Assembly: GCA_043228905.1 (NCBI GenBank)
Contig: JBHGNT010000005.1
Location: 3,100,001-3,164,000, forward strand
DNA: 64,000 nucleotides
Reading direction: 5' to 3'
Source: Azolla caroliniana
Lineage: Eukaryota; Plantae; Polypodiophyta
The notes below the pieces were generated by a model, which worked only from the letters and a program-made list of their open reading frames with translations, made no database searches and was not told the origin of the DNA. A program made the translations under genes and the position numbers. Below, piece by piece: positions 39,601-49,059 of the stretch. Within the stretch, counting starts at the first letter, position 1; each line of letters opens with the position of its first letter.

Positions 39601-42600
39601 ATAGGTTTTTACTTCAATTAATAGTAAGAAGCTAATTTATGATAAGCACGAAAGTAAGATAGCTAAATTCAGCCATTTCTGTTATGATATATTCTTATTT
39701 ACATACATTTACATGTTTTACATATCATCTCTACTATGATATATTCTTATTTATCTATCATTAAATGAATTTATATCTTAGGCCTAGAAATTTCAATGGT
39801 AGAGATTTGCTCACAATTGTGGTGATAGATGCGTACAACAATAATGCAAATGCAAGCATAGATCTAATCATAAAACCAGTCAATAATCCACCATACATTA
39901 TTGCTCCATATAAAGTGTTGCTTGATCGAAGTGGTGGAATGAAATATGGTTTCTACACAAACAAGAGTATAAAAAGTTTTAAGGAAGGCAACGAGTTCAT
40001 AACAGTTGGTGATCCAGACGAACTGGATCCAAGAGGTAAAGTTGATTAGAAAAACACAATTCAATACCCCTAACTTTTTGAAAATCCCTAAAATTTTAAA
40101 AAATGTCAATATATACATCTGGATGTTGTACAAAACTGTAAGATCCAAAAATTTAAAGAATACCCAGCGTAGTACCAAATGTGTTCGGGTAACATATAAA
40201 AACTGATGATGTATGTTGATGTTTTTCCCACTTTTAGTTAGATAACCTAAATTTTGCACACCTTTTTTTATGCTTTTTTCTATTTTCATAGACTTTGGGG
40301 AGGAACTACAACTTCAAGTCCTCGTAGGAGTTGATATTGGTAATGTTTATATGACATTGCCTACAATCGCTCTTCAAGACCTTAAAGTATTTAGTGGAAG
40401 TACTGGCATGTGGGAATCATATAAACCTACTACACAAGAAGTTTATGATGTCATGACAGTGCATGCCCAAGGAATACTATTTTACTTAAATGTCAACGAC
40501 TCCAATAATGCTATAAAGACGATTACATATGACGTAAGTATTTATGCCTCTTATAGTTTGTGTATTGTAAACTTAAGTTTAGACATGAGATCAACTCTTT
40601 TATTTAAGTTTAAAATGGATCTTAATTCTAATCATAACTCCTACAAAATGAAAATTTAAATTTGTAAATAACGTCGAATCATGATTATCTTCAAGATGTA
40701 ACAAGAATATATCATGAACTCTTGTTCTGATCATGACTAGGTTCGTAATGCACTTCAAGCAAGAGTGAGTTATATTCTTATTACATGCACTTAAAGCAAG
40801 AGTGAGTTATATTCTTATTACATGCATTTGAAGCAAGAGTGATTTTGGACCATGATTATTTTCTTACTACATGAAATAAGGATCAAAGTAAGAGTGAGTT
40901 GATTTTTACTTACAGTTGATGAAAGCATATGAATGGAAACACTATTATAACTAACATGTAGCTAAAATGACCACAGCTAAGTAGTTTTTTTTATAGCTAA
41001 TTTTTAGTGGGAAAATCTTAAAGATACATATCATTTATTATGGGGATGGAAATATTACCATTTATGGTTCACATTTTAGCTGGTCTTTATTTGAGATCAC
41101 ATTCTAATAATCCTTAAAATTGCCAAAATATGTAAATTACATGCAGCTTTTTGCATAGCTAATATGTCAAGGACATAGCCAATTGTTCCCATTCCCATGC
41201 TTTCACAAGTTTTAGCAAATAGTAATATGTATGCTTGTCAATTCCACAACAAGCACAACCATTCTCCATGTTAGAGACTCAAGAGAATCGTTTCGATATC
41301 ATGGTGATGGCGTCAATATTGGATATTAAGCATCTATAAACTAATCTTTTGACAATACATTTCATGAAAAGCGAGAAAATGTTGTTTTTAAGTAAACAAC
41401 TCTGTGTAGATAAATTATTGACAAATTGTTATCAATGTAGGGAAATAATGCAGCAACGCTTCATCTTATAGTGAATGATCGAGGATCATGGGGTTGCTCA
41501 AATGGTTGCAAAAATGAGGATATGTCAATACCACTCATAGCTGAAGCAAAGATTAGTTTGATCTTTTCAACACATGACCATGAAGGTAAGAAATGCTTTC
41601 AAGTGAAGTTGATAACAAAAAATTTGTATTGGTCGATAACGGTTTTTTTCCTCAATTGATTATTTTTTTATAACAAAAAAATGAGGGACTTCCTGAAATA
41701 TACCTTGATGGGTTAAATTTTGCATGGACATCCTGAAAATTGTATCCTCCATCTCCTTATTTGTTACATGCATGTAAAGATCCCTCAGTTCTGAAAAATT
41801 ATCAAAACACCCCTGTGTTGTAGTAATTGTTCGAAGATGGGTATTTTGCTAAGGCAAATTTGGAAGCAGAAGGTTATTTCCGAAATACTAAAAAACTTAA
41901 TGGCATTTTGGTGTTTTCTTCTGTTTAAAAATGATGCATTATCAATCATGCACATTGCATGAAACGTGTAGGCCAATCATGTAATTTTATTGCCTTTGTC
42001 CTTAATTTTATTTTTGTTCAATTCCAAATAAGAAGTTACTTGTGATTATAACAATTAATATATTGCATTTTCTAGGTCCTTCAAGAGGAAAAATTATGGT
42101 GGCCATGGTGTTAGTAATAGTGTCAATCATTGGCATATATGTAATATTCATTATGGTACCTTGCTATATAGCAAAGCTTGACCAAAAGGAATATAGTAAC
42201 AAGGATATTCGAGATAAGGTTGACTTAAATTTTTTCCTAAAAGAGGAAGAAAATCTACAGAATACGAAGGTAGTTTTTATCATTTCAATTGTCATTGGTT
42301 TATGGCTAATCATTTTAATTATAAAAGTATGGTTTTTAGGTTCATAATAGAAAAGGAGTTGTATTATTTATGAATATAATTTTGTTGTTGGAACATTTTA
42401 GGTGTATAACACTTTGTGGGTCCCTTCTGTAAGTGGAGATGGAGAGACTAGTGTAATCAATCCTATTTGCATCCAACGATGGGATCATGAATTGAAAAGA
42501 ATGTATGCATTTGTTTCTATTATTTTTTAGCTTTGACATGTTTATGTATCCTAATGTTCTCATCCCTCGCTGTCATTGATTTTAAAACGTGTCCATTTGT

Positions 42601-42641
42601 GTAGGCTATCTCTAGCTAAAGAGAAGATGTCAACACGCTAA
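668..42641 (+). CDS. GEX2: GEX2-like gamete adhesion membrane protein with an expanded filamin/Ig-like repeat array (~2,450 aa, ~28 coding exons)
   Basis: Predicted exons: 668-713 (MLYYYCFMVGLLWLT, signal peptide); 789-827 or 789-836. Repeat exons: 2271-2600, 3464-3832, 4412-4750, 7464-7796, 9908-10237, 10622-10942, 11172-11582, 16505-16840, 17210-17527, 17640-17975, 18061-18387, 18685-19005, 20836-21171, 24841-25164, 26255-26587, 26811-27191, 27674-27985. Then 28145-28266, 29178-29398, 39239-39448, 39782-40035, 40292-40533, 41441-41585, 42076-42269, 42402-42502, 42605-42641 (TAA). Phases join in frame. Repeats show the filamin-type consensus C-x3-W..F.AG..D.YGN..G.Y.L.V..I.GSPF. The C-terminal part has P.A.xD..IDVLSND and NFNGxD..VNNPP cadherin-like motifs, plus VNDRGSWGCSNGC..SIPLIAEAKISLI, which resembles the plant GEX2 juxtamembrane motif, followed by one TM helix. 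The two terminal exons at each end are the least certain. Confidence 0.85.
5230..6200 (-). mobile_element. Highly decayed RTE-X-like LINE ORF2 C-terminal fragment (divergent subfamily)
   Basis: The minus strand gives ITLMRTHSRALKMETRGW and MCDLCCLKIPEQEKDVTLEC, variants of the R(T/S)xSHxLxIExGR..CxxC..ExH..C motif. Boundaries are approximate. Confidence 0.45.
6804..6868 (-). mobile_element. Short 3'-end copy of the RTE-X-like LINE
   Basis: AAAGAAAGAAATATATTAATGTCTTTTAAGAGTCCAAAATGGCCTATAAG is the reverse complement of the family 3' end. Confidence 0.7.
6935..7308 (+). pseudogene. Probable decayed (pseudo)exon of a filamin-like repeat inside a GEX2 intron
   Basis: Across frameshifts it reads LFTWTASHDKVQAGFHK / IVVT / IDSRKLHPCGSQYCANCL* ... 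WNIVKVLVDVNYSKSWIQHYYIPG. This has the W..x.AG start and IPG end typical of the repeats, and a repeat-like length (~370 nt). The expected donor is CCTG|GG rather than CCTG|GT. Confidence 0.5.
8600..9240 (+). mobile_element. 5'-truncated LINE 3' portion followed by a partial duplication of its 3' end
   Basis: Homologous to 23280-23670 (IKAIISCH..CFPRFG..LENLTC). The ATATCTG.CTTGAGAATCTTACATGT block occurs at ~8907 and again at ~9094. Confidence 0.7.
12530..13110 (-). mobile_element. Decayed RTE-X-like LINE fragment (zinc-finger region)
   Basis: ORF 12787-12975 reads EIDTGRYISKPMEQQIFQLCYHDVESEHYVCC..MEYEDQR. Confidence 0.7.
13305..13418 (+). mobile_element. Short 3'-end copy of the RTE-X-like LINE
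   Basis: GATGTAATCTCTTGTTTGGTCTTATAGGCCATTTTGGCCTCTTAAAAGGCGTTAATATATCTTTCTTTCT. Confidence 0.75.
13574..13734. repeat. 80-bp tandem duplication (2 copies)
   Basis: TTTCTTACTCAAGGCG..CAACAAAGGTATT starts at 13574 and at 13654 with few mismatches. Confidence 0.9.
13830..15830 (-). mobile_element. Internally deleted RTE-X-like LINE (APE remnant joined to the zinc finger and 3' end) with a duplicated ~400-bp 3' end
   Basis: The minus strand gives GDILLIGDFNARTKDE (~15750-15795), GGASKVNYLMG..GHAYL (APE C-terminal motifs) and QLPTSSHQLEIEASKY..EERICQSCH (~14900-15000). The 3' region is present twice (13830-14230 and 14236-14640). No RT core was seen between the APE and the zinc finger. Confidence 0.75.
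17489..17559. repeat. 39-bp-period duplication across a GEX2 exon/intron junction
   Basis: GTATTTCAGGGT(C/T)CCCCTTTCTTTTCACTATT at 17489 (exon) and 17528 (intron start). Confidence 0.85.
19900..20350 (-). mobile_element. Decayed RTE-X-like LINE fragment
   Basis: EEQMHHQDVKSEEHYVCY in ORF 20055-20249. Nucleotide similarity to 12600-13110 and to the 893-bp unit. Confidence 0.65.
21845..22040 (-). mobile_element. Decayed LINE 3' end
   Basis: AAGAAAGAAAGATCTATTAAGAGGCCAAAATGGCCTATAAGATCAAACAAGA. Confidence 0.65.
22356..23669 (+). mobile_element. 5'-truncated, internally deleted RTE-X-like non-LTR retrotransposon (RT C-terminal part, zinc finger, 3' hairpin, TTTC tail)
   Basis: GVK*GCPLSPTL, YADDVV, LSVNKSKTKILL and VESFKYLG RT motifs, then RTSSHQLEIEVGRYTRMPLEERICQ..EHYVCH. 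It ends TTAATATATCTTTCTTTCT. Possible 7-bp TSD TCTATCT at 22352-22358 and 23667-23673. Confidence 0.85.
24470..24720 (-). mobile_element. Decayed RTE-X-like LINE fragment
   Basis: IRQLRNSVYQLEIEIGKYAHKSKEEWMCQ in ORF 24489-24674. Confidence 0.65.
25625..25725 (-). mobile_element. Short LINE 3'-end copy
   Basis: GAAAGAAACATATATTGATGTCTTTGAAGAGACTCAAATGGCCTACAAGACAGAACAAAAGATTACATCT. Confidence 0.65.
28545..29012. repeat. 236-bp tandem duplication (2 copies) in a GEX2 intron
   Basis: TCATGGACGTGC.TGTAGTTTA starts at 28545 and 28781. The near-identical ORF translations 28567-28803 and 28803-29018 reflect this. Confidence 0.9.
29914..37950. repeat. Tandem array of exactly 9 x 893-bp units in the GEX2 intron 29399-39238
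   Basis: The unit starts GTTGAGATCCTAATTGGG at 29914, 30807 and so on, and ends CTTTGGGAGC at 37950 (9 x 893 = 8037). ORF translations are identical in all nine units and no differences were noticed by eye. Confidence 0.97.
30392..30517 (-). mobile_element. Young ~120-bp LINE 3'-end (SINE-like) insertion nested in the 893-bp unit, repeated in all nine units
   Basis: GAAAGAAGAAAGAAAGAAAGATATATTAACGTCTTTTAAGAGGCCAAAATGGCC..CAAATCAAAA interrupts host CAAGTGTAAA|GAGGGGTCATTATAGTGGGCC. That host sequence is uninterrupted in the related copies at ~13030-13075 and ~20280-20315. Confidence 0.8.
38355..38440 (+). mobile_element. Decayed LINE 3' end
   Basis: TTAAGATGTAATCTCT..CATAAGCCATTTTGGCCTCATAAAATACATTAATTCATCTCTCCTTCT. 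Confidence 0.6.
40748..40842. repeat. 37-bp minisatellite (~2.5 copies)
   Basis: ATGCACTT.AAGCAAGAGTGAGTTATATTCTTATTAC at 40748, 40785 and 40822. Confidence 0.85.
42076..42269 (+). other. GEX2 transmembrane exon
   Basis: IMVAMVLVIVSIIGIYVIFIMVPCYIA hydrophobic run followed by a charged cytoplasmic tail. AG at 42074-75, GT at 42270. Confidence 0.8.
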
Positions 42642-42886
42642 GTAGAGATCTGCCTTCTGTAAGTGGAGATGGAGAGACTAGTGTAATCAATCCTATTTGC
42701 ATCCAACGATGGGATCATGAATTGAAAAGAATGTATGCATTTGTTTCTATTATTTTTTAGCTTTGACATGTTTATGTATCCTAATGTTCTCATCCCTCGC
42801 TGTCATTGATTTTAAAACGTGTCCATTTGTGTAGGCTATCTCTAGCTAAAGAGAAGATGTCAACACGCTAAGTAGAGATCTGCCTT
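42423..42886. repeat. 230-bp tandem duplication covering the predicted last intron and stop codon of GEX2
   Basis: CCTTCTGTAAGTGGAGATGG starts at 42423 and 42653. The copies look identical, with a CCTT microhomology at the junction. Confidence 0.92.
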
Positions 42887-43879
42887 TTGGGTGAAGGTTA
42901 ATAAGTTATTATTTCCTTGATTGCAACAACTTAGTATTATTCCATATAAGTTTTGCTGATAACATGCATGAGATGGACAACAAAAATGTTGTCTTTTATA
43001 ATGTTTGGATGTATGTACATCGAGAGCATGAGTGTAACTTCTATAATACATGAATTTGCATTGTATATTAGAGGATATATTTGTCAATGATCCACGGAAG
43101 TTTTTAGGTAGAGTGAATGGCACAAAATGACCTTAAATTGGTCATATTTTCCTTTTGAGGTATGATATATCCAAGCGCTATGGTAGTGCCTATTGTGGTT
43201 TTTAATTCTTGGTATAAGCTAGGAGTAAAACATTTTGTGTATTCAACCCAATGAACATTTGGTTACATGAGAAGTCAATAAACACGACATTTTTGCATAA
43301 CAAAAGGGTAATAAAAAACAACCCTTGGTAATCATGTAGATGATAGTGAAACCAATCCAATCCATGTTAGTATATTTTTCTTTCATTTTCTTGAATATCC
43401 TTTAATGGTTTCAAACAAAAATCAATATATTACATTTGTATCACTTAATAAGTACTCTTTCACATTCTTCTAATTTCCGTCCTTTTTTACTTTCTTGCAT
43501 TCTATTTATTCAAGGTTCATCATTATATAGCTCTCTAAGAAATCCTTTTCCAAAGACAAACAAAGTAGACACCCAAATCAAAATTAAGACATCATAGGCA
43601 TTGCTTTTTTGTAAATGTGCTAAAAGATGCTATCAATTTTGGATATAAAACTAGTAAGTTTATTTAAAAGCAACCTTATCGCAAAATGTAAAGGGAGGAA
43701 ACTAAAATAGGCAAAAGCTAGAGGGTTAATTTTAGGGAACAAAGAATAGAATAGGACTTCACATCATTACTAAAAAAGAAATATATGACATGATTCTCAA
43801 CTTCATTCACATATATATAGCTTTTTAATTGCAAGGTCACAACAAACCTTTTCTCCTCTTGTACTTTAATGCATTGGAC

Positions 43880-44560
43880 AATGTGTGATTTTTTTGTTGC
43901 AAAGTGCAAGTACAAGGGCTTGCGGTCCAAGTGTAGTGACAATGGGCCAATTAATTTGAATGTAGTTGAGACATGTTCAATCATTTGTCATCAAAAAATG
44001 CGTGGGTGCCTTTGAGATTCTTCATGTTTGTGCAATTAAGCATGAGTATAAGGCATTAACATATTACAATCTTTTTAGCCATTTGTATAAGTTGACACCA
44101 TCACATTATCATCAAATTTCACATTTTAATAAGTTCCAACTCTAGCATTAAAATATCTCACAACCAATACTTTCCCAATCTTTGTATGTATGAATACCAT
44201 TACACATAAAAAAGGATCATCATGATCTAACTCATACAAACGATAGCAATTCGACTCTCTATGAGGAACATAACAACATGCCAAATCAAGTTTATCTTTA
44301 GTGTTACTTCAACCCACATGTATCTCTCATATTCGTCATACTTGCACACTCGTATATAGTTTCCACGCCCTCACATTACATACATGCCACTCCTACTCAC
44401 CAAACACTACTTCTAATGTCGGGCCATATAGATTATGCGATGTAGGCATTAGTATTGGGTATATGCTTGACTTCATGTTCCCATGTTTCAACTAGAAATA
44501 TAATATGGAAAGCGCTATTTGCCCCCCCATTTTGGCTACTTGACATCTACTCAACATAGG
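43880..44560 (-). mobile_element. Decayed LINE AP-endonuclease region
   Basis: The minus strand reads HIIFLVETWEHE, VGVAC, LACCYVPHRES, KVLVVRYFNARVG and LDRKPLYLHF in the correct APE motif order (ETW, GGVA, YxP, GDFNAR, SDH), with stops and frameshifts. It may extend to ~45200. Confidence 0.65.
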
Positions 44561-45369
44561 AGGGCATACTATAGCCATACTTTCACATTGGACTCCCCAT
44601 CATGAAGAATATTTATCACTCACTGAAACTTCTAGATAATTAGATATAAGCCAGCTGAGATGGGTAAGCGAAACAAAGAGTATGGTACTCACATTATTGG
44701 ATGCCAAGAATCTCACATCATATACACACCTAGGGCCATTTCCATGGACACATTGTTAGCTCATCCTCACAGGTTCAACGTTCATTCATCATTTTCATAC
44801 AGACATTGTGCTATCACCTTACATTGTTTCTAAACCTCTCTCTTCTCCCGCTTTTGACAGTTTTAACACCTCCTATATGAGAGTTATTGCGATTAACTCT
44901 AATCATCCAATTTTCGCCTGAAACCTCACAATACAAGCGCCTTTGTGTTGCATATGTACTTGACTTCTCACAATATTCATCACGATAATTTGACTGCACA
45001 TCCATTTAATTGAACCTTCATTTTCTCCATTTCCACTTAAGGCTGTACTAATGCATTCAAATTCATGTCACGTACATCCACATACACTTGTGCCTACATT
45101 ATGTGTATCTCTGCACTTTGGATTTATGTTCTTACTCAGCACAATACAATCTATCAAATACTTCTGGCTTAGGTTCACTTGTTTCCAAGTTGTTTCTAAT
45201 GTCATTGAATTCATCCATAATCCTTTAATAAGCTTGTTTACGAAGGTTTATATGTTTTTACATGTTCAACGTAACAAGTTGATGCTCCAAAAGTCCAAAT
45301 GTAAGGCTATGTTAATATTGCACTAGATTGAATCTGACATTTATAAGATGTGTGTTCCATTACCAGATA

Positions 45370-47247
45370 TCACCCAATTCCCATGATGTATAATTTGCCA
45401 TCATCATCCTCGAGATTGTTGTCAACAGTTGGTGATGCCCACATCGGCATTCCACCTTGTTTAGAAAAAACATCGTAAGCCTCAACTAAACTCCCACATT
45501 TAAGGTACATGTCCATAAGCGCATTATTAATAGCAACATTGTGCTGAAAATCAGATTGAACAATGTAATCATGAAAATACTGTCCGAAATCCAGACATCC
45601 CAGCATTGCACATATGCTCAACATGCACATGAAAGTAACTTCATTCGGTCGTATGCCTTCAAACTCCATTGCTTCAAAGACTTTAAATGCAACATCAATG
45701 TGTCCATTCTTTGCATAACTTGATAGAACTGAGGTCCATGAAATCACATTTCTCGAGGGCATTTGATCGAACACTTGGAGAGCAAAATCTAACTTTCCAA
45801 ACTTTGCATACATTGTTAAGAGTGCATTTCCCATAAAAATGTTGAGAGTTATCCTAACATCAAGTATGTGCTTGTGCACCTTCTTGACTTGTTCTAAACT
45901 AGCACAAGAGTTTAGCACATTGACATACGTGATCTCATTGGGCTTGATTTCCCTCTTTATCATCTCCACAAAGCAATTCCATGCATCCCCACCATGACCA
46001 TGCTTTGTGAAGCCAGTGATCATTGCCGTCCATGCCGCTACATCAGGCTTTTTTATCATTCTAAATATTCTCCTTGCTTCCAATATGCTTCCACATTTGG
46101 AATATGTGTGAACAAGTGCGTTGTGTACAAAGGTACTGGATTCTAACTCAAATGCCAACATGATAATATGGAGTTCTCGACACAAGTTTAGATCTCCCAA
46201 GCTAGCCAACACATCTAAAATTTTCAAGAAAGTCACATTGGTCCAAATGTGCCCATCCCAACACATGTGCCAAAAAAGCCTCATGGCCTCCTCATGATTG
46301 CCAGCCTTAGCATTTCCAGCAATCAGAACGTTCCATGATATAGCATCTCGATACACCATTTCATCAAACACCCTATGAGCCTCCTTTATACTTCCCCATG
46401 TAGCATAAAGATCTATGAGAGTGTTTGCAATGTAGACATTGTTTGATACACCCATGAAAAGGATATATACATGGATATGCCTTCCCTTTTCAAGATATCC
46501 TCCCCGAACACATGCACTCAGAATACCCACATAGGCCATCGCATCAGGATTCATGCCCTCTTCCTTCATTTGCTCAAAAAGCATGAAAGCTTGGTCAGCT
46601 TGCCCGTTCTTGCATTGACCTGAGATCATTATTGTCCAGGTAATTACATCTCGATCTAGTATAGCAGTGAACAAGTTCCATATGTCATCATTAAAAGACT
46701 CACTTTTAATGTGAAGGTTAAGAAGAACATTCCCCAAATGTGCATGAATAGGCATAGCAATCTCAGTCAGATAAGCATAAATTCTCTTAGACAATTTGTT
46801 ATTACTTTTTGCTAAGCAAGATTTAGCTATGGCAAGAAAGCTATCTTCTTCGGCATCTACAATACCTTCGTTGATTAGGTGGACATACAATCGTAAAGCT
46901 TTCTCAACCAGTCCTTCTTTGACACACATCTCAAGGAGAGATTTCCATGGCAAATCTTGATGAAGGTAGATGTGGCAAAAAATGTGGTAAAATTTGTAGT
47001 TATTATTACCAAGCCATTTCTTATACATTCTGAGAAGCAAAGTGGCGAACCGGTCAGAATCTTTAACATGTCTCTTTGATGTGAGAGGATAGACATGGTT
47101 CGGTTGGGGTGTATTTGAAGAATCGGCAGCGACAGATGTTTCTAGAAGAGAAACAAAAGAGCGAATTAGGACAATAAATATGCCTGGTCTGTTGACGTTG
47201 CACAAATGGATGGAGTGGAGAAGCTTCACGGCCATGACAATGGCCAT
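45370..47247 (-). CDS. Intronless PLS-class pentatricopeptide repeat protein (~625 aa) without E/DYW extension
   Basis: Repeating P/L/S motifs: DVITWTIMISGQCKNG..A..LF.QM..EG..PD / ..ILSAC...G.LE.G..IH / ..NTLIDLYA.WGSI.EA.RVFDEM. The likely start is ATG 47247 (MAIVMAVK); the upstream HTHT run is a microsatellite. Confidence 0.93.
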   Translation of the reverse strand: MAIVMAVKLLHSIHLCNVNRPGIFIVLIRSFVSLLETSVAADSSNTPQPNHVYPLTSKRHVKDSDRFATLLLRMYKKWLGNNNYKFYHIFCHIYLHQDLPWKSLLEMCVKEGLVEKALRLYVHLINEGIVDAEEDSFLAIAKSCLAKSNNKLSKRIYAYLTEIAMPIHAHLGNVLLNLHIKSESFNDDIWNLFTAILDRDVITWTIMISGQCKNGQADQAFMLFEQMKEEGMNPDAMAYVGILSACVRGGYLEKGRHIHVYILFMGVSNNVYIANTLIDLYATWGSIKEAHRVFDEMVYRDAISWNVLIAGNAKAGNHEEAMRLFWHMCWDGHIWTNVTFLKILDVLASLGDLNLCRELHIIMLAFELESSTFVHNALVHTYSKCGSILEARRIFRMIKKPDVAAWTAMITGFTKHGHGGDAWNCFVEMIKREIKPNEITYVNVLNSCASLEQVKKVHKHILDVRITLNIFMGNALLTMYAKFGKLDFALQVFDQMPSRNVISWTSVLSSYAKNGHIDVAFKVFEAMEFEGIRPNEVTFMCMLSICAMLGCLDFGQYFHDYIVQSDFQHNVAINNALMDMYLKCGSLVEAYDVFSKQGGMPMWASPTVDNNLEDDDGKLYIMGIG

Positions 47248-47274
47248 GGATCCATGCGTCAGAGGGTCGTTTAG

Positions 47275-47275
<1 letters not shown>

Positions 47276-47308
<33 letters not shown>
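47276..47308. repeat. (TG)n microsatellite in the PPR 5' region
   Basis: About 16 perfect TG units. Confidence 0.95.
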
Positions 47309-47310
<2 letters not shown>

Positions 47311-47384
47311 ATTCATATATCAATGGCCATTACTTAGAGAGAGGCGTGCGTACCAATAGTTTTCTTTGCAAACTGAACTAAGGG

Positions 47385-47411
47385 CTTCTTCTTCTTCTTC
47401 TTCTTCTTCTC
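47385..47411. repeat. (CTT)n microsatellite
   Basis: About 8-9 CTT units upstream of the PPR gene. Confidence 0.9.
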
Positions 47412-48929
47412 GAGGTTGATGAGTGTAAACCAAACCTCGTGTTGTGTTCTGAATCCTCGTGACATGAGCCACCCAAGCGAACTTTATGTTCATGAAACAA
47501 CACCAACCATCTCCTCGTAGTTGGGCTGGCCGGTCGGTACATAGTACATACGGTTGAGTGATTGAGTCGGCATTTTTCAGTGTCATGTAACCCACCTATC
47601 CTTCATTGTAGCCCTCCATCAAAAAGGTTTTTGGTCAGAAGTCGGTACATACGGTTGAGTGATCAACTCTGGATCCCACGTGCCATGTAACCCATCCAAG
47701 GCTGGTTGGAATGAGTCTGATGCTCTTTGAGTACCCATGTCCTTGGGCTTCTTTGTTGCTCCGAAGATTCTTGGGCCTTTTGGAGACTTCAAATATCACA
47801 TTGTAGTATTCAGTTTACGGTAGTCTAGAAGCATCGAGTTTCATGTTCTCTTACCAATCACTTCTTTGAGTTAGCAAGAACATGCATCAACTGCTTGAAA
47901 TCCTCTTTGTTGAGGTAATTTGGGAATTCTCTCTACCAAGAATTTGAGCAATTTAAAATGTGCATCTCAAAGTGTTTATCATGTGCAACTTGAAAAAACT
48001 TCTCGCCTCCCTTAATCTATATTTTAGAAAAAATATCGTTGCCTCTATCTATTGGGTTTCGAGAAGGTCCATTAATGGCTAGGTCATTGATGCCCAAGTA
48101 AGTAAGCACTCTCCAATCCTGGTTCATGTGGATGTGTATTAGTATATTCTTGATTCCACACATTTGTGGAGATTGTCTCTCATATGCAAATCCTTTCACA
48201 TTATAAACTTTTCATGAGTTATTATGTGTAACGATTAATTAAAGTCCAAAGATTAAGGAAGAAGTTTTTCATGTACAATAAGAACATGCTCATCGCACAT
48301 ATGAGTCATGATGCAAAAGTTTAAGGTCAACGTAAGGTACAACGGGACAAAATGTAAGGAGAAGTAACCTAAGTAAGAGATGTAGCGATACTTAGTTGCA
48401 ACATGAGAAAGAGAATAAGATGGTTGGTTCATTGGTTCATCCTCGACCGCAATGACATTGAGAAAACAAGCATGAAGAGCATAATTACATGTTACATTAC
48501 CAATGGTGAATGTACACACAATCATTCCAATAGAATGAGGTTGACAAATCCTTCAATCTATTATACGAGTTGGCATCCTATCTATTTACAAGCATTCATG
48601 CATCTCTAATGAATGGTTTGAACAAAGACATAAATTCGGAGATCTCACATCATGTGATTATAGGTAATGTGCTAGAAAGCTAAAATATTCATGTGAAAGG
48701 GTGCTTAACAAATGAGAGGAGTTGTTAGCGAGTTATATCTAATCCTATGGATGATAAAAGAGTGAAAGAACTAGAAGTTAGAGATGTATAGAGCCACTTG
48801 GCAGGCATGAAGGATGAAGAACTCTTAACCCTTTTTTTGTTCTTCAAATATACAATTGTATTCACCTGTATGTGTTCTTTTAATGACGTTCTAGTACTCT
48901 GTGGTGTATAATGCTCGTTCATGACTCGT

Positions 48930-49059
48930 TTCTTACATCCTCGTTACTTTTGCCAACCTTCTCTTTCTTCTTCCTCTTCGCGATATTTCATCTCCTCCTT
49001 CCACCCATTCTCTTTTCTCAACGAGCATTTCTACACTTCGAACACTAATTACACTCAAG
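48930..49059 (+). other. Probable non-coding first exon (5' UTR) of the oxidoreductase gene
   Basis: A CT-rich tract ends in a strong donor CAAG|GTGAGT at 49059/49060. The next acceptor, TTTTGCAG|G at 50051, precedes the ATG at 50081. Confidence 0.55.

Noticed and set aside
41684-41920. MITE-like sequence, partly similar to ~11615-11700 and ~40045-40260
   Set aside because: Too degenerate to define TIRs or a TSD by eye.
42270-42347. Second TM helix in GEX2 (VVFIISIVIGLWLIILII)
   Set aside because: It follows an AAG|GTAGTT donor and is T-rich intron-like sequence, and an in-frame downstream exon exists. Intron retention cannot be fully excluded.
47248-47316. HTHTHT N-terminal extension of the PPR ORF
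   Set aside because: It is a translation of a (TG)n microsatellite; the downstream ATG at 47247 is more plausible.
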